64,000 nucleotides of DNA from Tubiluchus corallicola (GCA_030141605.1 JAQGDQ010000201.1:310001-374000); one strand, 5' to 3'; shown: positions 13,331-27,400, counted from the first letter of the stretch. Notes: generated from the letters alone by a model not told the origin. Translations and numbers: made by a program.

Positions 13331-14795
13331 TAAATTATATGATAGGGAGGTTCACTGGATTGTTAAGTAAATATACAGAGTAGACAGGAGTGTTACTAGA
13401 TAAGAGACCAAAATATCTTAATTGGTATAGTAATTATTTTTTGCGTAAGATATTCTATGAATTTTAAGCTTGATAGGTTTATTTATTTTGTTCTTTCGGC
13501 TTAATGCTTATGTGTTTATAGGTAATTGTCATTGTGCCCTAGTTGCCTTTTATCAACTGAGTTTGACAAGCACGTATTAATTCAGGAGGAATTATAAGTT
13601 GAACCAATCATCAAACAATGGTAGCTAGATGTTAAATGGTCGTCCCTTGTCCACAATAAGCACCATTTCAACCGTTCTTGTACTTTGCAGATGACGAGGT
13701 GAGTGACCACGTGATAGGAATAGAAATCGCCTAGTACCACATCATACTTCAACCGCATCTGTTTACCGCTTAGCTACAACCACTCGAGCGGACCTTGTAA
13801 ACGCTAGAAAAACACTTCACTTGTCTATTCATCACAAAGGTCGACCAGTGGGAACAGTTTTAGTGTATCAAGAATCACCAAGAAATTGAGAACCCTGGAC
13901 GTTTGTAAAACAGGTGGCTACCATTCAGTTAAACGGAGAATGCATAGTAAATTATATGTTGTCTTGCTATGATTAAATAGTAGTATGGACTAATAATTAA
14001 TACCTGATCTTGGCAATTGAAAATGGGATTGACCTGGCTTTGTTAAGCCCTTTACCCTTCCTGCGATTATTAAACAATGATTACTGCTAAAATGCTAATA
14101 ATATAGCCGATTTTAAGTCCCATTGGTTAGCTCCCAAGGGGTTTAACAAAAAGATAACACGACCCAAACATATATTATGTAATATACACGTAATGGTGTA
14201 TTACATATAATTACACTTATTATACTTGTAGTTATTCCGCCATTCCTAAGATATTGCCTTAAGTAATATTCACGTCTTTCGCGTAATCTTTTCTTTGCCA
14301 ACAAATGAAGACGAAGGTTGAGTTTTTCGTGAACAAATAATTTGGTCTGTATCTGTTTTTGCTAGTCAGCAGCGTCAGATTTGTGAAAACATCTCGCTTC
14401 TTAATTTTTGCCATGTGGAAAAACACAAGGATCCTGAGATAGCGTCTACGTTTCGCATTCCTCCAACCTAATACATCTGAGTTTGTAGGTGACTAAACGC
14501 TATATATATAAGCTCGAAAGTACTACAGACATGTATTGTCATAGACTGATAGACATAAGCTCAGTGAGCGTATATAAGTTTGTATACGTAGGATCAGAGG
14601 ACATTAAGTCGAACTGACACGACTTTAGATTACGATGGTAGTTGAATGCACAAAAATGCTTTGCATTATTAATTTGGTCAAAAAGGCTTCATATGGTTAA
14701 TAGCACTTATGAAACCATTCTTTGATACATTTTTTGAATGAGGTTGCAAACGTAAATATACTTGTTACCATTTTTGGTTCATTTTGCTGAAATTA

Positions 14796-14821
14796 TCATC
14801 ATCATCATCATCATCATCATT
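14796..14821. repeat. (ATC)n microsatellite
   Basis: ATCATCATC run. Confidence 0.9.
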
Positions 14822-15784
14822 GGTGAAATGAAGTGATGAGAATGAATAAATGAAGAAGCCCATTTGAACTTTAATATTTTCTAGTTTCTTAGATGCTAAG
14901 TAGAAAGTATTTAGTCGGTCTGATTTTATGTATTTGTATTAGGATACTCTACACATTGTGGTGTGTCACAGCCTCAAAAGTGTCGCCGAAGGGGTCAATT
15001 TTTTGATGTTTCCTGCTCTGCTATAAATATAGATTGCACTGCATCAAATGTAAACTAAGTGCAGGTTCCGATTCATTAGTGATGAAAGTTGAACAAGTTG
15101 AGTTCAGTTGGAATTTTGGAAACTTGAAATAGCCACCAACAGAAAACTTAAATCAACAGACGTCATGCGTGGCGTGGAAAATTATTTTGGGAAATATTTC
15201 GAGTTAGAGCTAATTTCGAAGTCGAGTTTAGATCATGAATCACCAGGCGTTTGTTTGTCAGTCTGTTTCTCGGCTTGAATAACTTTTCTAATACCGACAC
15301 ACACACGCTCACACATTGGCGGTCAGTATCTCTCTCTCTGATGCTACGCACACGTTTGAAGCAACACAGAACCCGTCTTTGACTGTCTGCTCTGACAAAT
15401 TGCTGCAGCGTTTTCCAGTTCTGGAAACGAACAGAAGCCCTGTGTGTTTTCCTTTACGCTGTCTCGGTTAATGTGCAAAACGCAGGCACAGCCTACAGAC
15501 TTGTGTTTATTAAACGTGGCATTTGTATGACAGAATGTACACAAGAAATGTATCCGGGCTACTACAAATGGAGCTGTGTCCAAGAGGGGTCATTATTTTA
15601 ATACACCGACGCTGTAAAGCATCACATCAAGCAGTGCAACTTGATGAAGTTCCACAATTCACTTCATTTGCGTTAATTAGTACTGAAAACTAAAAGAAGT
15701 TTGCAAAATCTTTAATGGACTTGTTCATGTAATTAACACGTAACAAAACTAGCAATGTTCGTATAACATTAGGTAATTTTTGTC

Positions 15785-16200
15785 AGGTCAAGTCAAGCCA
15801 AGCTCTTAATAATCAAGTCTAGCTCTTCCAAGTTTTGTGCATTTATTCACAGTATCTATCTGAACCGTAATATTTTTGTTAAAAAGCTGAAAAGAAACAC
15901 ATAACTGAATGTTCTAAAATCTTTTAGTATGATTTAAAGTCTTCTAGTATAAACTAACAGCTATTTTAACCAATACTTTAAATCACATTAGAAGGCGAAA
16001 ATTTTCTGCAAATTATATTCAAGCTTCTAGTTCAAATCAAATTTTCCGATATGGAATGAGGTGAAGTCATAACTCATTGCCTTCAAGTCCAAGTCAAGGT
16101 TCGATTAATCGTTTCAAGTCCAAATCACGAATCAAATCATTTCCTTCAAGTCGAGGGAGTTGCAAATCGAACGATTCAAAGCCAATACTAAGTCATTCAG
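15785..16200. mobile_element. Degenerate MITE-like remnant with CAAGTC subterminal repeats
   Basis: Repeated TCAAGTC/CCAAGTC units at both ends; clean TIRs not recognisable. Confidence 0.35.
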
Positions 16201-17090
16201 TCTTGCGTTTTGCCAACTATCTATGAAAGTTTGATCACTTAGTGAGTTAATAGTTAACTCACATTACTGAGATTCATTAGTGATAAGTCAAATTAAGAAA
16301 GTTATGCAAAATTGTAATTAATTTATTAACCTCCGTATGCAGAGATCATGCAGGCTACATAGGCATAACATCGACAGGTGTACCAACAAAACTGATAAGG
16401 GCTGTACTAATTAAACACAAGAACCTGTCACATATAAGATTAGGCAAAACCACGAAGAAATTTATCTCCAAACAGGCCTATTTACATAAAACGCAAGCAA
16501 ACATAGAAATTTGTTGAAGAAAAACTACCTGGATTAATGCAAACGCTGAATTACATACACGTAAGTTGCATAACCCAGGTGCTCGTTTATTTATGTCATA
16601 CAATCAAGAACCGCTTGCAGTTTAATCACCTGCGAATTATTTATTACGCCGCTTAAATTAGTTTATTGCTTGCATAAAATCCGGTATGTTGTATTACCAG
16701 GGTTAAGGTATGTTTGTGGTGTAATATGTAAAAGCGGTACGTTCAAAGTCGTCGTTGTGCGGATTAAAAGAGAATGCCGCTCAGGTATATTGAGAACATG
16801 CGTAATGATTAATTGAATTTGATAATGTTACGTGGGCAACGGGGTTTATCCACAGTAAATCAGATTAATTGCATTCTCTTACCTTTAGATTATACAGTGT
16901 ACGTTTTATGGCATCAGAATCAAGTGTGGTGGTAATAATGACAAATTATGCGCTCCTCTTTGCACAGTTACTGTGTAGAGTAAAAGTTAGAAGCTACTCA
17001 AATCATCACAATATCATTAAAATTACCATTTTCCTCCGAAAATAGACCGATGCTACTGAATGTTAAAGTTCTTTCTGTCACGCCTCCTTA

Positions 17091-17271
<181 letters not shown>

Positions 17272-18115
17272 ATTTGTCTCTGTCTATTCCGTGTTTGCGA
17301 CATATAGAAAAACCATAATAATGATAGCATTTGGCCGAACTGCTACAGTGATACCTGCGTTTTGAAGCGCAAATTTAGTGCCCCATGTGACAGACACCTT
17401 AGTTCGTTTGCTACTGGGCTTTTAGAAACATTTTTGAAATCACAGATAATTGAGTGCTTCTGGAAAGAATGATGTTTCTGTCGCCAAGAAACACAAACTG
17501 TGTCAGAAAAATGCAGCATCTCTGCGTACATGTATTTCACAGGTGTTGGCGTTCATTTCATGATGATTTCATTGCATTTAACTAAGGCTAGTTTTAATTT
17601 GTCCTTCAAAGTTAGCCACCTGTTTTGCTGACTTGCAAAGGCAAATTAGGTTGTTGCTACATGACGGGTTGAGATAATTGTTTTTACTATTTTAGGCTTT
17701 GGTGGTGCTGCGCACTTTCTTTGGAGTTATAAAACAGTCCTTTTGGTTATTCTGTATATTTATCGGTCACCTTAAACATCTGTGAGAATTCAGATTTGTT
17801 TGAGGAATGCCAGGAAGTTTTTGCCAAAGTTATTACACGCTTCAAAAGAAAACAATTAAGATGAAGTAAAGTACGTCGGGTCATTGTTGGCTGTTGTATT
17901 GAGAATTTAGAAATTATTTATTTCATTTCATTAAGTTTATTTAACAACAAAGGGTAAATAAACACTGAAAATAAACTTAATCAAGATGTGCTATAATTGT
18001 GCACCTACGGCAACAAATAGGAAAGTTATAGATATTATTGGGTTCAGAAAACGAAAAGAAAGTAAATTATAAAATCTCACGTTAGTAAGTCAATCTTAAT
18101 ATATTACAAATTATA

Positions 18116-18424
18116 TGTGTTGTGTTGTGGACTTGTGGTGTGTTGTTTTGTGCTTGTTATGTTGTGTTGTGCTGTGCTGTGCTGTGCTGTGTTGTGTTGT
18201 GTTGTGTTGTGCTATGCTATGCTATGCTAGGCTATGCTATGCTATGCTATGCTATGCTATGCTATGCTATGCTATGCTATGTTATGTTATGTTGTGTTAT
18301 GTTATGTTATGTTATGTTATGTTATGTTATGTTATGTTATGTTATGTTATGTTATGTTATGTTATGTTATGTTATGTTATGTTATGTTATGTTATGTTAT
18401 GTTATGTTATGTTATGTTGCGTTA
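18116..18424. repeat. Compound pentanucleotide microsatellite GTTGT/GCTGT/GCTAT/GTTAT
   Basis: Blocks of 5-mer variants in a continuous register. Confidence 0.95.
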
Positions 18425-19629
18425 CGTTAATTTAACTGCATGGTACGTTATGTTAGATTTTTAGATTTAGATTTGTTTATTCATCCATTTAGCACATACA
18501 AACATAAAGTTATAAAATTACTAATTAACAGTGCATTACAGTGCTATGAGCGCAGCAGAAGAAATTAACTTATGAGCTATGCTCATCATGGATAAGACTA
18601 AATTAATCATATAGACAACAACTAAAAAAAATACGTTAAATAGAGCGAAGCAAACAGTTGTGAGAAAATTATAACGACGATGTTGATGATGTTGATGATA
18701 ATGATGACAACGATGGTGATATTAATGCTGATGACAATGGTGATGGTGATGACAATAACAATGAATTGATGCTAACAATGACAATCCGTCAGGTTCGATG
18801 ATATAAACCAAGTTAGCCATTTTTGCAGTGTTACGAAAATTGTGTCAAAATATTGAACTATATTAAAAATATAAAGATGTGTTCTTTTCATTTCACACAG
18901 AAATTTATTAATCAGGCCCATACGACTCAAGAATTGATTTCTTAAGTTTATGTTTGAATATATGTTCTGATTTAGCATTTTTTATTTCTAGGCAAAGTTT
19001 ATTCCATTGTAAAGGCCCTGTGAATGTTAAATGATGTCTAGCTGTGTTTGTTCTGCAGTACTGCACTTTAAATTCATTTGACCTAGTACTATGAAATTCA
19101 ACATTTAACTGTTTGGAGCATATTTAAGGATTTGGGGCGGACTTAGTTTTTAAATGTTACGTTACATTACATTACACTACTTTACATTATATTAATAATA
19201 TTGTATTATATTACACGTTATTTCGGTTACTCATGGTAGTTGCAAGTATGCACGTTGAATCAAAGCTGACAGTTTGTGCCGGAGGCATTTCAACCTGATA
19301 ATCTATTACACCTTTCATGTATTGAAATCAACCGTTTTTTCCTGTTTCTCACACCTTTCTTTACATCCTAGCTAGCTGCTGTCAGAAATGAACACAATCT
19401 TTTTACTCAACTTTTCTATGCGTGTCGTCTGAAGGTTTGCAGTTAGAATTGTTCACACATATTTGGTGCGAACAGTGATTTTTTGCAGAAGAATATAATC
19501 AGGGTTGGCAAGTTCGTTAAAATAAAGAGAGAACAACATTACATTACACGGATTGTTCGTGCGTTATTTGTCGTGGGTAGTTCGCAAGTCACAATCCAGA
19601 GTTGGGCATTATAGTTAATTAATCAATTT

Positions 19630-19950
19630 ATTTTCTTTACTTTCTTCTTTTCTTTTTTCTCGTTTTCCTCTTTTTCTATTCTCCTCTCTTCTCTTCTCCC
19701 TCCTCTCGTCTCCTATTCTCTTCTTTTCTTATCGATTCTTTTCTCTTCTCTTTTTTCCACTTCTCCCCTTTCCTCTCATTTCTTCTCTTCTCCTTTCCTT
19801 TCCTCTCCTCTCTCTTCTTTATTCTTCTCTTTTCTTCTCCTCTTCTTCTACTTTATTTTAATGTCTTTCTCTTTCTTTTCCTTTTTTCCTTGTTCCCTTT
19901 TTCTCTTTTCCTTTTTTCCTTCCTATTTTTGTCGTTCCCTTCTCTCCCAT
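19630..19950. repeat. About 320-bp polypyrimidine/polypurine low-complexity tract
   Basis: Almost exclusively C/T on the plus strand. Confidence 0.9.
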
Positions 19951-20884
19951 CATGAAGTTCACATCACTTTCATCATGAAATTTGTTTTAGTTATACTTGA
20001 AACACACTTTCCAAAATCCGCCTAATTACGTTCATTCCAAGGCTAACAAACAAGATTTTTGTTTCGCCTTTTTTCTTTGCCCGCAAATGTTATCTTTTGG
20101 TAGAATGAATATTGGAACCTCGAAAAAAGGAATGGAGCACACAGTTTGTTTTTCTTGAGAGAAACACAGCCAACAATAAGACAGGTATGCTTCGATACAG
20201 ATTTTGAGAAATAGTTCGCACGTTGGAGATGTATAAACAGTACAGAAAGCTGAACTGAATGAATTTGAGCTGGAACGCAGCGTTTCAAGCACGCACAGCT
20301 GCCAGAGCTTATCCAAAATACTGGTCTTTCCGTTGTCACAGTAAACACTTAACCCTAAGAAACCTATATACCTGCTTTAAAGATGCACAGGTGTGTATCC
20401 TTAGATGATGAAAGACGAAATAAGTGTAGAATTTTATGTACTAAACTTATTGACAACTGACATTCTTATGAATCAACGCTTGCGCTCACAGCCAAGTCAC
20501 AAGCACATCAAGCAACAATTTATTAACGTCGAATGCTATTTTCACATTTAGTCTAAATAAGTAAACGTGAAAATTCGCATCTGAATCTGCATTTAAATCG
20601 GAGACTTAAGACTTATAAGCTCGACGTCTCATAAGATCCTAAGTACATTATACTAATTCCTTATTACTAAAACATTTGCAGAAATATTATAGGAATTCTA
20701 ATAATTTATATAATATATATATTTATTTATTTTAGTTCTTTTGTCTTTTTACTGTGCTGTGAACTGACGCGTTTTAAAGCACCCGCGGCAGCCTAAAAAT
20801 ATGTGAAAAGACTGTCAGTTAATGTGTGCTATATTCTCCCATGGTGTGCTAAAACTGCAAATCATGTACAACCTGCATCTACAA

Positions 20885-21946
20885 TGGATGGGCGGTCAAA
20901 GAACAGCCGGAAAAGACCACAGGTCTTATACCACCATAGACACCACCAAGGGCCACCAGTCGAAGAACCACCTTCAACCCTGTAAAAGGACCACGTGTCA
21001 ACGGGGACGGACTGATGTGCTGACAGCGACTTGAGTGAAATTGCAACTTTTAGTTACCATTAGTATATCATCAGTGTGACTGATAATTTTTGGTGATATT
21101 AATGATAGATAAAATATGTCTTTTTATTTTCTTTTTATTAAAGATTTAGTTCGTAGTTAATTCATTCATTAAAAAAGTAAAAAAAAACAGTTTTGTAGCA
21201 GATGGTTGTCGTCGTTCGGCTATACGTTTGATATTTATTCAAACTTACTACATGCGAATAATTACATAATTAACATGCTGCTGCGCGCGTTTCGGAATTC
21301 TAAAAAGAGAACAATCATAAGTCATTTATTTTAATGTTTTAAGGTTTTAGTGTTTGCTGATCATTGCAAAGAAATGATAAAACTTGTTATTCCTTCTGCC
21401 TTATCTTAACTAGTGTTTATTAGTGACAAGTGCCGAAATAATGTTATCATTGCAGTCGCATCATTGCAATCAAAGCTTTCTATAGGTTTGCTATTCTTAT
21501 AAAAACAAACTTTGCTGTGTATTACCGATTTCTTTCTTCAACTTTTACCCAAATCAGTTGTTATCAGTTACACATCAAATGTGAATTTTTTTCTTAAATA
21601 CACCCGAGCTCCAAGTCACAAAAAGATGTACTATCTTTGAATGAATGTCTAATGAAGTCAGGAAATGTAGCAATAAACGTCTTCTGTAAAACTAGATGCT
21701 TCAGTTAGTGACTGTTAGACGGTAACCATAAATAGTCAAAAGTGCATCTGCAAATATATATATGATACTATTTTCTAAACTGTTTTGTTAAACCTAATAA
21801 AGTTAAACTTAATTTTTTTATATATTTACACTTTTTTAAATTTCAATCTATTTTGTCTTCTAAGTTGAATATTTGACAAGTGGTGCTTTGTGTGGTAGTT
21901 CCTTGACCTGTGGTCTTTTGACTGGTGGTCCTTTGACCTACACACG
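20885..21946. mobile_element. Non-autonomous DNA transposon with inverted subterminal GGTCAAAAGACCAC repeats
   Basis: Left GGTCAAAGAACAGCCGGAAAAGACCACAGGTC mirrors right GACCTGTGGTCTTTTGACTGGTGGTCCTTTGACC; interior is AT-rich and non-coding. Confidence 0.65.
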
Positions 21947-24722
21947 TATAATGACTTTACGCTGTACTCATTTTGATTTCTTTCTTTGTTCAAAAAAAAA
22001 CAAGACTGTTAATTAGACTAGGACATTCTTTATCACCTTTTTCCTAGCAAAAATACCGAACGCTAGAAATTTGAAAAAGTTTAGAAAATAGAAAAGCTTT
22101 AGGCCTATGCACCTTTCATCTGTACTAGATTATGCTTAAACCAGACTCCAAATTTATCCAGACAGCGTCATAGCGAACAATTAACGCTGGTTTTTATGTC
22201 TAAGTCGCTGAACTGAGACTAGCGTGTAGAATATTATTAGTGTTGCTATTATCTTGAATCGTTGAACTAAAAATTAGAAAGTTAGTAGGGAAAATCGCTT
22301 AGTTAAGATTTTATAAAGAAAATGCTGTAGTCGTCTGAGTTGCAAAATAATAAAATAAGTCTTTCAGAGAAATACAACTTTATTTTACATCGCTGAAAAT
22401 ACGCCTAATGATTTATGGTTAAGTAAATACATAATTGTGAATATGATGTGAAACCTGAGGTAGATTTCACAATTCGACACTCTGGCTCCACGTAATATAG
22501 ATAATAGTGGTGAGACAGGAATCTCTCTGAGACGCTGAGTAGATGCTTTGTGGCACGACATGTCTTGTGACGAGGTCTTGTGCTGTTTAGTGGTTATGTC
22601 CATCATTTTTAAGCAAATTTGTGAGCAACTACATACAAGCGAGATTTATATGCATGTATACTGATATGCCCTCGTTGCTCTGCCCGCGCAGAGAAATAAT
22701 TAAGTAGGTATTTTTTTTGGAAATGCAGTTATGCAATTAAAAATTTTATAAAAACAATAAAAAATATACAGCTAGTATTAATGATTATGATATGACAGCA
22801 TGCATATATCATTGATGGCAAGAACCAGGAGTGGAACTGGAAGCACGTCCAAATAATTGAAGAAAGGAACAAAAACGAGGGTTTTCGGCAGTTTAAAAGG
22901 AAAAGCGATGCAGCTCAGTGAGATCAGACAGCGCTCTAGGTTCTACTCGAAAAAAGAAGACAGGGTTATGACAGGTGTATTACACAGGAACAGTAGGCAG
23001 TTATAGTAGTTTAAATAAGTAGCAAACATTTATTGCTTAACTGATAATTTGAAGCGTTAAATTATTATAATGGGATTTTACATTGTGGGTTAATGATTTC
23101 CATGTTTTAGGTTCGCTATATAGCTAATGAAATGTTTTGCTGTATTGGTTTTGCAGATAAAGCTATATGTACTACATATAGTACATGTAAAAGTTTATTT
23201 GCATTAACTGAAAGCATTATTCCCATTTCTAGCGTCACCCTTTGTATGTCTACGCCCTGATGGTTTTGGAGAAACTGATATTATGAAAACAACGAATTTC
23301 GTTTAGGGGGCTGCGTTGTAATTACCGTCACGCCGTAATTAGAATCCACGTGCCATTGCGGGGCACCTCTCAAATATGGCTTGCATTTATGATTCTCTTT
23401 GTTTTGTCTTTGACTAAGTGATTTCTCGTGGCATCGCGACACGCGCTGCATTATCCATATCTCTCAGGAACGTGCCATGTTATCGTTACTGCTAATCGAA
23501 AACATGGATGCCTCCACACAACTTATAAGCAGAGCTGCTCGACTACTTATGCAGACAATGCAGTCCAATATTTTTTACATGTACTGCAGTGTAGATATTG
23601 AATTTATAGCGTCTAGCTCGGGTGATCCACTGGATGTTACTGTTAATACGAAAATGACATATGTTTTTCTTTATTTATCTGCAAATATTTACTCATTGTT
23701 GAATTTCAAAAATGAAAGATTTCTGCCTGCACCTTTCTCAGCAGCGCAGTTACGGTTTTGCCTTATTGTTATAGGTATAAAAAAAATTGTTTTACGTACA
23801 AGTGATATACAAGTTTCCATATATTTTTGTAAAGGAAACCAACGTCACACATTACGAATCTACTTCTGGGAATAGAAATGCCTTTCGTTAATTTTTCAGT
23901 CTGCTATGCTTTTTAAGATAGTCTTTTTGAGTTTTCGTAGGATTGTCTACAGTGGTTTAGAGCTAGTACACCAATTTGGGGCAGAAGTTGGAGAATCTGT
24001 CAGTCTGCCTAGCTGTATGTCTGTGCGCACAATAAAATCACAAGGAGTAAAGCTATAATCATCAAACTTAGCGCAGAGATATGCCTAGGAGTGACCTGGA
24101 AACTTACTGCTCTCGGTTCAAAAAGATAAATGTCAAAGTCGCAAGAACAAAAAATGCCAAAATAATCTTTTGCTTGTAGTGACATCACGTCAAGGTAGGT
24201 TGCAACTCTAGTGAGTACACTCATTTTAGTTTACCACACAATAAGTCGGACTTGCTGAGTTGACGAATACGTGTCACTGTTTCAAGATTCCTTGCGCGTC
24301 GTGCAGTCTAAATATGGACGATAAATCGTTCCAGGCGAAACAGTTCTGTAGCTCGACTGAAAACCTGATACTAAAATAGCCAGATAAAGTCCATTAAGCA
24401 ATAGAAATGCCTATTATAAAACGTTTTCTACGCTTTAGCTATTATTACGGCTAGACAAGCGAGCAATAATAAACCTATAATGCCACATGAACGCAGACCC
24501 GCCGAATGGAATTAAACGTGGTATTAAAACCCTTGATGTATAGACATATTGTAAACAAATGGTTTTGTTACTTCGGTGTTGTATTTCAGCTCAGTGTAGA
24601 GCACATTCACGAGAACAAGAAAAATGGTAATATTCACCGTCGACACAAAGTTGCAAATTTAGTGCGTGATGTTAAATGTGTGCTTTAGAACTTTTCAAAA
24701 CAGAGGGCAACGTATGCTTTAC

Positions 24723-24759
24723 CAAGGACCTCTATAACTAAACTTTATAGAGGTCCTTG
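24723..24759. mobile_element. 37-bp minimal TIR element (CAAGG...CCTTG) with 7-bp target-site duplication
   Basis: Perfect 15-bp inverted repeat CAAGGACCTCTATAA/TTATAGAGGTCCTTG flanked on both sides by GCTTTAC. Confidence 0.7.
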
Positions 24760-26439
24760 GCTTTACCAAATCAATTACATAGTTTAAGCTACTTTCGATG
24801 TCAAAAAACTTTTCGCGCATGTAAACACGTCATCAACATTAGAATAGCAACCCTTTTGTGTTCATGCATATTTGCAAACTTCGGTGAAGCGCCTGTAATA
24901 TTTCCATTTAACAATAAGTAGCGGTATTCGTTAATTTCATGCAGGCCGAGATTTAGTAAGTTGACGTTCGCCTACTAACTTTTATTTAGTCACCGTTTCC
25001 AATTGCATGTCACGAAACGTTGCATGACACTTACACGGGATGGCAGAATGATAGCTAATACTTGGGGGATCTGAAACACTTCGACACCTGCGACCCTAAA
25101 TTTAATAACTATTCATTGTCACATAGACTATTATTGATTACATGTATTATGCAGATGGACTACTTTATTACTGTTAATTTCGTCAGTATAGATATGTCAT
25201 TATTTTGAAATAGAATATCACATCATATGATACAGAATATTACTGATTATTCTTATATATGAGTAAGTAATATCGTTCATACTCATCATCTTAGTATTCA
25301 CTTAATTTCTGTAAATATGTAAATTTTGTAAATAACCTCTGAGCAAAAAATTCGTAGTGAATACTGCGATAAAAAATTAATTCAATGTAGTTTCGGTTTT
25401 AGTAGGAATCTGTTTCTTTAACTTTTTTCCTCGGCTAACTCAGGTAGGATAAGGCCTGACAATATGCAATCTCACTGCAAGTAATAATTTTCTTATTCCC
25501 ACAGGCCACTGCATTCTTATTTGTCTCATAGGTTTATTCAAAGATAGGCAATATCTTGCACTGGCCCGGACGTCGTCAGTACATGTCTTATCTGCCTTGT
25601 CAGTTGTTAACACGCGAGAACAAACATGATAAACACGTCGTGCTATCTCATCTTATTACACACCTAATTCAAGCCTCTAGAATATGCGATTTTCACACCT
25701 TTCACACACAAGTGCTGTTGGTAGATTTGCATAAATTATCATGAATTATTACAACAAGATCTGTTAGCCATACGTGCAATATTCGTGCGTGGTAGAAATG
25801 GAAGTACTAATGAATGCAAAGTGAGTGCCCTGGTCACGTTGTACTTTAAGTTCATGGAACATTTTACGAAACAAAATTTATTATAGTTCTGTAAATCGGT
25901 ATGACACATCTGTAAGACCATTGGCTAATTTTTTTCCTGGGAAGAAAAAAATGAAAGTTCCTGAAAGGAGTTCTTAGAGTATTGGGCATGGATAGGTCAT
26001 TTAGTAGCTATAATTATCAAACCAGCGCGTGGATAGGTCTTGGCATTGGGTAAATCTGGAAAAGTCACTGTCCTTTGGTTTAAATGCTCAAAATCATGAT
26101 TAGAAGTTCAAAAATGTCGAAATAAATTCTTTCCCTTGCTGCCTTCCCATGAAGGTGTGGTTTGCATCTCTAATCATTGTCCTCTAGTTTACTAACCGGA
26201 CTTCACAAGTGTTGGACTGCAGTACGATAATTTAAGCACTCAAAAATAGTTTTTTGCTGGTTTTGCCATAATAATGAGACAAGTAGCACAGTAAATTTCA
26301 TTTTGTTTAGTTTCACGAAAATTATGTTTTGCTGACAAGCAAACCTGATAAAACTTCAGTGATCCACTACCCATGTGATCCACAAACTACATGTTCAGAA
26401 AAAATGTCGAACTTTAGACTGCAGTAGTACTAGAAGCGA

Positions 26440-27400
26440 GTGTCTTACAAAGTTGAAATTTCACCGCTTGATATTACAACACAACTTTTGGCTGTGAAAG
26501 TTAGAAGTTCATACTTTTAGTAGTAATATTGAAAAGCTTTTGTGTGTTGAAAAACTAAACGCTGTTATAATGTCAGATATAATCACCACTGAAAAACAGC
26601 CACGTATTCTCTTTTCTTCAAAATCTCATTTCACCTATTGTAGGTATTGAGGTGTCAACATTTATCAGAGTAATCCACCCACTTCTATCTGCAGCTAACA
26701 GAGTAAGTTCTTCTACTCCTAAACATAGATTTGGTTGAAGTTGGTGAACAACTTTATTTATCTGTTTTAGGTTTGCCAAGAAGTTTTTTGCAAGGTTTTA
26801 AGGCTTCGTTTAAGGTGATTCTTACTGGTGCTTCATTTGGTAATCTTAAAAGATGTCCTAGCCATCTTAATCTTGACTTTTGAACTCCAATAAATTTCTT
26901 TTGTTCTGTTGTATAAATCTTCATTTTTGATTATGTATGGCAACCTGATCGTTAAAACTTTTCTAAGGTGACGTCTATGAAATGTGTCAGTCTGCTTTTC
27001 TTGAGTAAAAAGCACTGACAGCTGAGTAATAAACAAAACAAAACGCCATCACGGTCTTCATCGCAGAAAATAAAACACTGATAAAGATTTGCTGCCAAGA
27101 AAAAATGGTACTCAACCTCTGGATTACGGAGTTCCCTTCAAAAGAGTGTACAATCGTTACGTTTGATGGCAAGGGACTAAAAGCAAAAATTTTTGAGTTC
27201 TGGGACCAAATGCTCATTAAAGAAGTGAGAAACTATATCAGCTGTTGGAAGAAACGCCTTCATCTAGTTTGCAGTGAAAATGGTGGAAAATGCTGTGCAT
27301 TTTAACAATAGTGACACAAAATTTTCCAACCATTTACTTTTTTACTTGCTTTAAAACTTATGTATCTTAGGAAACATGTAAAAGAATTACCTGAAGTGTT
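26440..27400 (+). mobile_element. Degenerate Tc1/mariner-type element interrupted by a LINE
   Basis: Transposase C-terminus-like KAKIFEFWDQMLIKEVRNYISCWKKRLHLVCSENGG (27105-27305). Both the 26447-26530 and 27230-27256 segments match an inverted copy at 53430-53880. Confidence 0.6.
26670..27010 (-). mobile_element. RTE-clade LINE 3' fragment
   Basis: TFHRRHLRKVL...IKNEDLYNRT...WS, then frameshifted RWLGHLLRLPNEAPVRITL and LAADRSGW, which are characteristic RTE ORF C-terminal motifs. Confidence 0.75.

Noticed and set aside
13780-13930. Faint hAT dimerisation-like peptide (ARK...SGNSFSVSRITKKLRT)
   Set aside because: Too short and degenerate to call without a profile search.
23477-23875. 132-aa plus-strand ORF (and the 128-aa ORF at 29494-29880)
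   Set aside because: No recognisable domain or splice context; the second overlaps the CHD last exon in antisense.
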